Origin: Halogeometricum borinquense DSM 11551 | GTDB taxonomy: Archaea > Halobacteriota > Halobacteria > Halobacteriales > Haloferacaceae | Assembly (NCBI RefSeq): GCF_000172995.2 | Contig: NC_014731.1 | Coordinates: 90,001 to 122,000 of the forward strand | Direction: 5' to 3' | Length of the DNA: 32,000 bases | Part shown: positions 24,546 through 32,000 of the stretch, in pieces | Numbering within the stretch: the stretch's first letter is position 1 | Layout: the number at the start of each line of letters is the position of its first letter | Position numbers and translations under genes: made by a program | The notes under the pieces: generated by a model | What the model was told of the DNA's origin: nothing | Seen by the model: only the letters and a program-made list of their open reading frames with translations | Database searches by the model: none

Positions 24546-25244
24546 ATGCCCCGTAAACAACACAGAAGGCGAATAGCCCTCACCGCCGGACTCGTCGGAC
24601 TCATCCTGCTCGCAGGATGTCTCTCCGTTCCCGGTAGTTCGATATCTAACGCCGAGTCAGTCGGCGATCAAGTCCAAGCGCGTTACGACGCGATCGACCG
24701 ATACGAAGCGACGGTGACGAAGACAGTACAGACCACCAGTGACACATCGTCTGTTCGGGCAACTGTGTCCGTCGATACGGCCGAATCTGCGCGTATCGAG
24801 TACCACACCGGCCCCCGTGCCGGAACAGTGGCGAACATCGACCTCTCGTCGGCGTCGCCCGCGCGCCCGTCACTCTCGACAAGCGTTCAGTCCGCAACAG
24901 ATGGACAGGTGCCGACGTACGGCGCACTTGCCTCGGAACTCGTCCGAAGTAACAACGTGACTGTCGAACGGACCACCGTCCTCGACGGCCGACAAACCGC
25001 TGTCGTCTCACTAGTTCCGAACGCTGACGAGACGAACGGAACGGCTGTAAGCGTCGAGCGTCGCGTCTGGGTGGACACAGAGCGACTGATTCCGCTCCGC
25101 ATCGAGACGACGTGGACCGGTGAAAGCGGAGAGACTGTCACCGAGACAGTTCGATACACCAACGTCACGCTCAGCGAAGAGCGAGAAAACACCTCGAACT
25201 CGCAGGTTGAAGCGTCGCCGCGTGCCGGAGGTGTCAGTGCATGA
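24546..25244 (+). CDS. lipoprotein, LolA-like / DUF2092-like fold
   Basis: The signal peptide has a lipobox (LILLAGC). The mature part is Ser/Thr-rich and beta-rich. The stop overlaps the sppA start (ATGA at 25241-25244). Confidence 0.7.
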   Translation: MPRKQHRRRIALTAGLVGLILLAGCLSVPGSSISNAESVGDQVQARYDAIDRYEATVTKTVQTTSDTSSVRATVSVDTAESARIEYHTGPRAGTVANIDLSSASPARPSLSTSVQSATDGQVPTYGALASELVRSNNVTVERTTVLDGRQTAVVSLVPNADETNGTAVSVERRVWVDTERLIPLRIETTWTGESGETVTETVRYTNVTLSEERENTSNSQVEASPRAGGVSA

Positions 25245-26155
25245 GTCGGAAGTCGTTCTCGAACTTCGGCCGAGTACTCCTCGTCGTCGGTGTCATCGGT
25301 CTCCTCGTCGGTGCGGCCGTCGCCCCAAACGTCTGGGAGCGAGCGACCGGACCTGACGGCACAGTTGCCGTCGTCGAGATGCACGGTACCATCACCGGTG
25401 ACAGTGCGACAGAAGTAATCGACAATCTTCGAGAAGCACGACAGAACGATTCCATCAGGGCAGTCGTCCTCGACATCAACAGTCCCGGTGGTGCCGCCTC
25501 GGCGAGTGAGCAACTCTACCTCGCAGTCAAGCGCACCCAACAGGAGATGCCAGTCGTGGTCAGTGTGACCGGAATGGCTGCCTCCGGTGGCTACTACATG
25601 ACCGCACCGGCAGACGAAGTCTACGTGACGCCTGCAAGTACTGTCGGGAGCGTCGGCGTCCGTGCCGTCGTTCCGGGCAGTCAGGCCCCTTCGGGTGAAA
25701 TCCTCACGGGTCCCGACAAAGGTTCAACGTCAACGAACGCTGAAGTCCGACGCCGCGTCGAAGCACTTCGCCGCGCGTTCGTCGGATCCGTGATGGAAGA
25801 ACGCAGTGAATCGCTCAAACTTACCGAAGAAGAGCTCTCCTACGCGAAAGTGTACTCGGGCGCTCGCGGGGTCAAACTGGGCCTCGCTGACTCCATCGGC
25901 GGCATCGATACGGCCATTCAGGGCGCTGCCGACCGTGCCGGACTCTCGGACTACGCAATCGTTCGCATGGAGTCACCGAAGCAGAACCCGCTCAGTCAAC
26001 TCGGGTTCAGTGCCAACGGACAGGCCGCGTCTGCCGCAGCGGCAAACACGCAAACCACGTTCGACTACCAAGGCGTGGACACGGTGCAGTATCTAATGCT
26101 CCACGGGTCGATTGGAGCCCCTTCACAGGAGGTGAAAGCCAATGAAAGCCAGTGA
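25241..26155 (+). CDS. sppA: signal peptide peptidase SppA (S49 family)
   Basis: N-terminal TM helix, then VVLDINSPGGAASASE and VTGMAASGGYYMTAPAD (Ser nucleophile region). Confidence 0.9.
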   Translation: MSRKSFSNFGRVLLVVGVIGLLVGAAVAPNVWERATGPDGTVAVVEMHGTITGDSATEVIDNLREARQNDSIRAVVLDINSPGGAASASEQLYLAVKRTQQEMPVVVSVTGMAASGGYYMTAPADEVYVTPASTVGSVGVRAVVPGSQAPSGEILTGPDKGSTSTNAEVRRRVEALRRAFVGSVMEERSESLKLTEEELSYAKVYSGARGVKLGLADSIGGIDTAIQGAADRAGLSDYAIVRMESPKQNPLSQLGFSANGQAASAAAANTQTTFDYQGVDTVQYLMLHGSIGAPSQEVKANESQ

Positions 26156-27197
26156 TATTCTCAGTGTCGTCGTCACATTCGCTCTCGCAGTACTGCTTGT
26201 CGTCGGCGCAACCGCCGGTGCTGGTGTCGTCCTCGGCGACGGTCAATCACCGACGACGGCACAGCCCAGTGCGCCCGCGTACAAGACTGGAGCGCTGCTT
26301 CCCAACCCGGTCTCCGAAGACGGAGCGATCACCAGCCCCGAAGCGGAGACGAAAAACACCGTCGTCGTCGATATGAGTCACGGCAACGACGTGAGCAGAG
26401 CTGATATGCAACCGCTCGTGGACGCACTCGTCAGTTCCGGTCACGAGGTTCGGTTCTTCTCGGGAGGGTCGTCCGGGTACGGCCTCGCCAGTAGCTCCGG
26501 ATCCTCACCGCTAAACAAGACGCTCCGCAACGCGGATGCGTTCATTGTCGCCAATCCGGCGTCCTCGTACAACAACAAGGAAGTCAACGGTATCGAAGCG
26601 TTCGCGGATGCGGGAGGCCGCGTCCTCATCCTCGCTGATACGGCGACCCAAGCGTCGTCGTCCTCTCCGTCGATTATTCCCGGCATCTCGTCTGGCGGGT
26701 CCATCTCAGCAACCGGTCAGCCGACGAACGTGGCCGGTCGGTTCGGAATCACGTTCGGGTCCGGATACCTCTACGACATGACGGACAACGCGAACAACTT
26801 CCAGTACATCTATGGCTCCGCGGCCGGTGACAACGCTGTCTCCACCGGAGCCAATCAGACGGTGTTCCGCAAGGCAGTCCCCGTCGTGACGGGCGGCGAG
26901 GCGACTCCGGTATTGACGAGCGAAGACGTACGACTGTCCTCGACGCGCAAGGGCGGCAATTACGCTGTCGCAGTCCGTGACGGTAGCGTCCTCGCCGTCG
27001 GCGACACGTGGTTCCTCTCTCCGGAAGCCGCGACGCTAGCGGATAACGAACAGCTCGTCAGTAACGTCGCGTCGTTCCTTGTCACCGGCGACAAGGAACC
27101 CGGCGCACCGAAGAAAGCATCGCCCTCAACGCCGTCGTTCGGCGGTAGCTCACCCGTTTCGTCGTCCGGAACTGGGTCTACGAACGCGAGCGCATAA
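26142..27197 (+). CDS. secreted or membrane-anchored DUF4350-like protein
   Basis: ATG at 26142 is preceded by GGAGGTGA (26128-26135) and overlaps the sppA end by 14 nt. It has an N-terminal TM helix and VVVDMSHGND...NADAFIVANPASSY...GGRVLILAD, as in DUF4350/GldG-like domains. Confidence 0.65.
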   Translation: MKASDILSVVVTFALAVLLVVGATAGAGVVLGDGQSPTTAQPSAPAYKTGALLPNPVSEDGAITSPEAETKNTVVVDMSHGNDVSRADMQPLVDALVSSGHEVRFFSGGSSGYGLASSSGSSPLNKTLRNADAFIVANPASSYNNKEVNGIEAFADAGGRVLILADTATQASSSSPSIIPGISSGGSISATGQPTNVAGRFGITFGSGYLYDMTDNANNFQYIYGSAAGDNAVSTGANQTVFRKAVPVVTGGEATPVLTSEDVRLSSTRKGGNYAVAVRDGSVLAVGDTWFLSPEAATLADNEQLVSNVASFLVTGDKEPGAPKKASPSTPSFGGSSPVSSSGTGSTNASA

Positions 27198-27318
27198 CGT
27201 CGCTCACTACGGCTGAGACACGACGCGCTCGGGCGACCGTCGTCCGAGCGTTCGTCCCGACCGGATCTGAAAGGTAACCGCAGATCACCGGTTGAACACG
27301 GCGGCAGGACTGAGCGCG

Positions 27319-29007
27319 TCAGTCTCTGTCGCCGTCACGCGAGAGAATTGGAACGTCAACGGTGACGACAGAACCGGTTGGGTTGTTTTCGCTAAAGGAG
27401 ATATTGCCACCAGCAATCTCTGTTCCCCACTTAGCTATCCAGAGACCCAGTCCGCTCCCGTGTTTCAACGCGGTTTCGCTACCGTCCTCCAGCACGTTCA
27501 GTTCGTACGTGTCGATCCCCGGCCCGTTGTCTACGACACTGATATGAACTCGCTGGTCCGCCTCTCGGACCCGAACCCAGACGTGTGGGTCGTCGCTGGT
27601 GTTGTGCTCAACCGCGTTTTCGACAACGTTCGAGAGAACGGTTCTGAGCGACCAAGCAACAGTAACGTCGTCGCCGAGCGGGTCATACTCGAAAGTGACT
27701 TCCGGATGCTCTCGACGTGCAGAGTCGAGACACTGTTGCAAGAGTGCGCTAAGCGGCCGCGAATCGTGTCCCTCTCGTCCACCGTTGAACAACTGGATGG
27801 CCTCTCGACCTTTTCTTCCCATCTCCTCGATTCGTAACGCCCGTCGTTTGACGGTTTGTGCGTCCTCGTCGTCCGCAAACCGGTCAACGTAGCCGTGTAT
27901 GATGTTCGTCTCGGTGCGGATGTTGTGTCGGAGAATTCGATTCAGCACTTCCAATCGCTGCTGCTGACGGAGGTGCCGACTGATGTCGTGGAACGTGATG
28001 ACCCGACCGATAGATTTCCCCCGGACGTTGCTAATCGGAGTTACCGTCACGTCGTACGGGTGTTCTCCCGTTTCGTCATTGATTGTGAGATGGCCGGAGA
28101 GTGCCCCTTCACAGGGGAGACGGTCGTACCCGGGAACGATTTCGTCGGCGGGCGCTCCGAGAATATCCTGCTCGTCCATCCCGAAGATATCCTCGCAACT
28201 GTCGTTTGTATCGACGATGTGGTCGTTCGTATCCACGACAATCGCTCCTGCCTGCATCCGGTCGAATATCAACTGCCGGGCGCGTACTTTCGGTGCCGGG
28301 TTCGTTCCGAAGAGTCGGTACCGACTGATCGCACTCAGATACGCGACGCCGGAGATCGAAAACGAAATCGGCGTCGGATCGATGCCGGTAGGCATGAAAA
28401 AATCAGTGAGAAAAAGCGCGTTCGTGAGCCACGGAGCTAACAGCCCCACAAGGAGCGCCACGCCCTGACTACGAAACGTCGCCGCATCACTCGTAAGCAG
28501 TTCAAGAACGGCGAGCATCCCCGTTCCACCGAGGAGATAGGTATACCCAGTGATCACACGGTACCAGACCCCGCCGTGGTGAACGATCATGACACCATCC
28601 GGACCAACGCCACCTGGTCGAACGTACAGCAGATTGTGATACTGTGCAGTCACGACAAGTAGAATCGTGACTAGCGGGACGGCCGAGAGAGCAATCACAG
28701 ACCGCAAATGGATATACTCGTCGTGTCCGGTGTACTCTAACGAAAACAAGAGCCACGCGACAGGAATCGTGACGACACCAACCCACGCGAGGTCTGCCCA
28801 GAGGAGTTTCGAACTCACCGTTGGTGCCCGCAGTCGGAAGATGAGACAGGCAGACCACCAGCTCTGTCCGAGGAGTAACGCGACAAGCGGGGTCGCCCCC
28901 GGTTCCGGTCGCTGTCGCCAAGCAAGTATAGCGGCCGCTGTACCGACGGCCACGGAGACGAACAGCATCGGAATGAGAGAGATCACAACGCCACCAGTGG
29001 GTGGCAC
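27319..29007 (-). CDS. sensor histidine kinase (N-terminal 7TM domain, PAS, HisKA, HATPase_c)
   Basis: Seven N-terminal TM helices, a PAS-like region (IVVDTNDHIVDTNDSCEDIFG), the H-box LRHNIRTETNII, the N-box VVENAVEHN, G1 DNGPGI and G2 GSGLGLWI. Start is GTG at 29007, with an alternative ATG at 28968. Confidence 0.9.
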   Translation of the reverse strand: MPPTGGVVISLIPMLFVSVAVGTAAAILAWRQRPEPGATPLVALLLGQSWWSACLIFRLRAPTVSSKLLWADLAWVGVVTIPVAWLLFSLEYTGHDEYIHLRSVIALSAVPLVTILLVVTAQYHNLLYVRPGGVGPDGVMIVHHGGVWYRVITGYTYLLGGTGMLAVLELLTSDAATFRSQGVALLVGLLAPWLTNALFLTDFFMPTGIDPTPISFSISGVAYLSAISRYRLFGTNPAPKVRARQLIFDRMQAGAIVVDTNDHIVDTNDSCEDIFGMDEQDILGAPADEIVPGYDRLPCEGALSGHLTINDETGEHPYDVTVTPISNVRGKSIGRVITFHDISRHLRQQQRLEVLNRILRHNIRTETNIIHGYVDRFADDEDAQTVKRRALRIEEMGRKGREAIQLFNGGREGHDSRPLSALLQQCLDSARREHPEVTFEYDPLGDDVTVAWSLRTVLSNVVENAVEHNTSDDPHVWVRVREADQRVHISVVDNGPGIDTYELNVLEDGSETALKHGSGLGLWIAKWGTEIAGGNISFSENNPTGSVVTVDVPILSRDGDRD

Positions 29008-29105
29008 AACACAGTCACCACATATGAAATATCCGCTAAACGCTTTCAGAAAGGACCAAAATGAGCTGCGGAAATCGAACGACGAAAGAGGTTCGGAAGG
29101 TGAAA

Positions 29106-30047
29106 TTAGATTCCGGCAGCAGTCAGACAGAGAACGATAGCGACAACGACGAGGTGCTTAGCCTCACCGGCGATAGAAAGTCGGCCATATCGCTCCGTTC
29201 TGCCGATGAAAGCAGCCAAGATGAGCGCATAGCCGAGTCCAACGAGGATGCCCACTGTGAGCGCGATAGAGAGTAACCCGGCGAGGAATGCGGTGACAAG
29301 GAATCCGATAAGACAGAGGTCAAGAGCGTACAGTATCTGTCGCGTCCGCCTAACACCGAAAACGACTGGCAACGTCGAGACACCGATTTCTGCGTCTCCT
29401 TTCCTGTCGCGGACGTTTGGGATCTCAGTATTGACAAACGTATCGACAAAGAAGTAAATAAACACGACGGCGGTCGTCGGGGTGAGCGCCGCGTCCGCGA
29501 AGGCAACGGGGAGAAGGACGACCGCAATCGCCCACGCGCCAGCGACGATGGCGGAGTTAACGACGAGAATATCCTTCAGCCGTTTAAACTGTCCCCCGAC
29601 CGACGGAAGCCAATCAGAGGCGTAGAGCACCCAGAATGCTCCAGGGAGAAGAGTGATTGCGAGTGCCAACGGTCCACCCGTGATGGCGATAGCAACCGCT
29701 AACCCGTACGATACTGCCGTGAGGACGGAGAGGATAGACGCGTGCCGTCCCACAAAAGCGGATTGCTCGGGAGTCGTCATCTCGTCTGAATCTCGGTCAG
29801 CAATCCGGTCCCCGACGTAAACGGAGAAGGTGACGAGTCCGACGACGAACGGTGCGGGACTCGGGGGGAGCGACAGCGCGAACATCGCGGTTGCAACCTC
29901 AACCATTGCGATGAAGACGAGATATATCGAACTATACACCAATGCGTCCGTTGCCTGCCGAGCAGTGGTCAGTGCAGACCGAAAAAGCGTGCTGGACAAC
30001 GATTCGTCGTCCGCGTATGCGGACATTTTTCTTATTCCATTTGACAT
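29106..30047 (-). CDS. UbiA-family prenyltransferase
   Basis: The Asp-rich motifs are YVGDRIADRDSD and NVRDRKGDAEIG, with eight to nine TM helices. Start is ATG at 30047, with an alternative ATG at 30026. Confidence 0.85.
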   Translation of the reverse strand: MSNGIRKMSAYADDESLSSTLFRSALTTARQATDALVYSSIYLVFIAMVEVATAMFALSLPPSPAPFVVGLVTFSVYVGDRIADRDSDEMTTPEQSAFVGRHASILSVLTAVSYGLAVAIAITGGPLALAITLLPGAFWVLYASDWLPSVGGQFKRLKDILVVNSAIVAGAWAIAVVLLPVAFADAALTPTTAVVFIYFFVDTFVNTEIPNVRDRKGDAEIGVSTLPVVFGVRRTRQILYALDLCLIGFLVTAFLAGLLSIALTVGILVGLGYALILAAFIGRTERYGRLSIAGEAKHLVVVAIVLCLTAAGI

Positions 30048-30292
30048 ACTGTGTCCTGACGACAGTCAGACGGGACATCCCGCCCAGTGTCCGTCACGTG
30101 AAGCTATGAGACGTACCGTTAATTACATGGGAGACTCTATCGATGTTTTTTCGGCTTAATCGGGTGTTTAGGACTCAAAAAGGCGATATTGAAAGCAAAC
30201 CGCGGGGGTGATAGCCAAAATTTCCGAAGTAGAACTGGACGCCGTCGTGTTCGTGACAGGACCGTTGTGCTGAGATGTCTGTGAGCGAAAAC

Positions 30293-30955
30293 TCAGATCG
30301 GGTCGACAGTCGCCGTAACTATCTTAGACTCGATACGCTGGAGATGCTCGCTCACGGTGCCCGTCGAGACATCGAGTTTTGTTGCGAGGTCCTGGTGCGT
30401 CGTCTGCCGCGGAATCTCATAGTAGCCCTCTCGGACAGCAAGATCGAATATCTCCAGTTGGCGGTCGGTGAGTAGTCCAGACAGCTTTCCAGTGTCCGGT
30501 TCATACTCACCCATTCGTTCGAGGGTGAAGTCAACGGCCGTCGGAAGGTCCGCCACCGCGTCCTGAATGGCGCTACTCGTTCCGACCACAGTCACCTTCA
30601 CGCCACGGCTTTCGTCGTCGAAGGAGTACATCGGCCAATCGACGACGATTTCGTGGTCGTGGAGGAGATTGAGCAGGTCGTTCACCAGACCGGCGGTTCG
30701 GCACTGAATGTAGGCGACGCCGCGACCCTCGGTCCCCGTGATATCGTATTCGAGTGCGTCGGGAGAGTCATCAAGCAACTCCTCCGCGCGCTCGATATCT
30801 CCCCTGAGTTCGAGCAGTTCGACGTACCGTCCCTTAGGACCGGGGCTGACGTACTCGATAGCCTCGACTGTCACGCTGTCATCGCGTGCAAACTTGTCTT
30901 CGAGGGGGTGCAACTGGCAGTCGGTCCACGTCAGAGTCAGTGTCGCGTATCTCAT
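30293..30955 (-). CDS. Bat-type HTH_10 transcriptional regulator
   Basis: The C-terminus LTDRQLEIFDLAVREGYYEIPRQTTHQDLATKLDVSTGTVSEHLQRIESKI is the haloarchaeal HTH_10 domain. I prefer ATG at 30955 (MRYATLTLTW...). Confidence 0.85.
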   Translation of the reverse strand: MRYATLTLTWTDCQLHPLEDKFARDDSVTVEAIEYVSPGPKGRYVELLELRGDIERAEELLDDSPDALEYDITGTEGRGVAYIQCRTAGLVNDLLNLLHDHEIVVDWPMYSFDDESRGVKVTVVGTSSAIQDAVADLPTAVDFTLERMGEYEPDTGKLSGLLTDRQLEIFDLAVREGYYEIPRQTTHQDLATKLDVSTGTVSEHLQRIESKIVTATVDPI

Positions 30956-31090
30956 CGTGGTAGGGTGCGTCCGACGCCGCTCGGCATCGCCAACGCCTCC
31001 ATCTCGTTGACCGGTGTTATCCCCGGGTGTATTTAAAGTCACCTAGGATAGTCGGAGATAGAAGCAGGGGGGAGGCGCTCGAATAGACAA

Positions 31091-32000
31091 ATGATGAGTA
31101 GCGATACGCCACCCGTGACGGACGAAATGCCGCCGGGGCCCGATGGGCTTCCGGTTGTCGGTAACTACCCGTCGTACATCCGCGAACCATTCGAGTTCAT
31201 GACGCGAAACGCCCGCGAATACGGCGACATCGTGGGGTGGGAAGAACGAAACGGTCCCGTCTATCAACTGAATCACCCCGACCACATCGAGCAGGTGCTC
31301 GTCCAGAACAACCAGAACTACGTGAAGGGCGACGCCTTCCAGAGCACCCTCGGCCCGATTACGGGGAGCGGGATCCTGAACAGCGAGGGCGCTATCTGGC
31401 GTCGGAACCGTCACCTGATCCAGCCCGCGTTCCACCCGAACCGGATCGAGGAGTACTCCGAGATGATGACGGGGTACACAGAAGAGATGCTGGAGACGTG
31501 GTCCGACGGCGAAACGCGCGAGATTCACGAGGACATGATGACGGTGACGCTGAAAATCGTCTCGCGGGCGCTGTTCGGTGTCGATATCGACGACCACGTC
31601 GAGGATATCGGCGAGGCGCTCGAATCGTTCATGGAGGCCTCCGAGAGTCTGTCTCACTACGTCCTTCCCGAAGAGATCCCCACGCCGTCGCGCAAGCAGA
31701 TTCAGGGCGCACGCGAGCAACTCGATGACGTAGTGTACGAACTCATCGAGGACCGGCGCGCGAATCCGGGCGAGCAAGACGTTATCTCGATGCTGTTGGA
31801 CGTGACCGACGACGACGGCAATACGCTCTCGACCGAGCAGATCCGCGACGAAGTCGTGACGCTGCTCTTGGCCGGACACGAGACGACGGCGCTTTCGCTG
31901 TCGTTCACCGCCTACGCACTCGCCCGCCATCCGGAAGCGGAAGCGAAGTTGGTCGAAGAGTTAGACGAAGTCCTCGACGGCCGGACGCCGACGATGTCGG
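31091..32000 (+). CDS. cytochrome P450, N-terminal about 300 aa (3' end outside window)
   Basis: It is absent from the ORF track because no stop lies in the window. ATG at 31091 gives MMSSDTPPVTDEMPPGPDGLPVVGNYPSY..., and the I-helix motif is LLLAGHETTALSL. The 295-aa minus-strand track ORF here is its antisense shadow. Confidence 0.9.
   Translation, partial: MMSSDTPPVTDEMPPGPDGLPVVGNYPSYIREPFEFMTRNAREYGDIVGWEERNGPVYQLNHPDHIEQVLVQNNQNYVKGDAFQSTLGPITGSGILNSEGAIWRRNRHLIQPAFHPNRIEEYSEMMTGYTEEMLETWSDGETREIHEDMMTVTLKIVSRALFGVDIDDHVEDIGEALESFMEASESLSHYVLPEEIPTPSRKQIQGAREQLDDVVYELIEDRRANPGEQDVISMLLDVTDDDGNTLSTEQIRDEVVTLLLAGHETTALSLSFTAYALARHPEAEAKLVEELDEVLDGRTPTMS

Noticed and set aside
31043-31930. 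295-aa minus-strand ORF
   Set aside because: It is antisense to the cytochrome P450 reading frame, which carries the PPGP and AGHETT motifs. The translation is Arg/Val-rich and has no motifs.

Overview
GC-rich window with strongly acidic predicted proteins, HTH_10 (Bat-type) and many winged-helix regulators, and TATA boxes about 27-30 nt upstream of start codons. This fits a haloarchaeal (class Halobacteria) chromosome or megaplasmid; species cannot be called. I support about 35 protein genes. The left part (1-6.9 kb) holds an SLC13 permease C-terminus, an M50/CBS site-2 protease, a CBS+HPF/RaiA-like protein and a DUF6498/PH membrane protein. The right part (19.9-32 kb) holds CopA P-type ATPase, an amidohydrolase, a lipoprotein-SppA-DUF4350-like operon, a 7TM-PAS histidine kinase, a UbiA prenyltransferase, a Bat-type regulator and a partial cytochrome P450. 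The middle (about 7.2-19.9 kb) looks accessory. It holds a DUF2178+XRE pair, an ArsR-like regulator, a tandem-wHTH regulator translationally coupled to a DUF6036-type nucleotidyltransferase (AbiE-like), a SWIM zinc-finger protein, a permease-ATPase-permease ABC-2 transporter, a Zn-finger/wHTH/PIN operon, a wHTH-membrane protein, a DUF4870 membrane protein and a frameshifted gene. The most unusual signal is a 42-bp palindromic module, TTAACCAAC-N24-GTTGGTTAA. It occurs three times (9758-9799, 12491-12532, 19512-19553) with identical arm sequence and identical 24-nt spacing, always in the region upstream of a minus-strand start codon. I do not recognise it as any known element. Other points: gene decay (mgtE C-terminal remnant, broken zinc-ribbon ORF, frameshifted acidic ORF), three tandem stem-loops with a C-rich loop and T-tract at 6940-7033, and a long GC-rich non-coding spacer at 15515-15890. 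I saw no rRNA, convincing tRNA, CRISPR array, integrase or transposase. All family assignments rest on motif recognition by eye and need HMM or BLAST confirmation.
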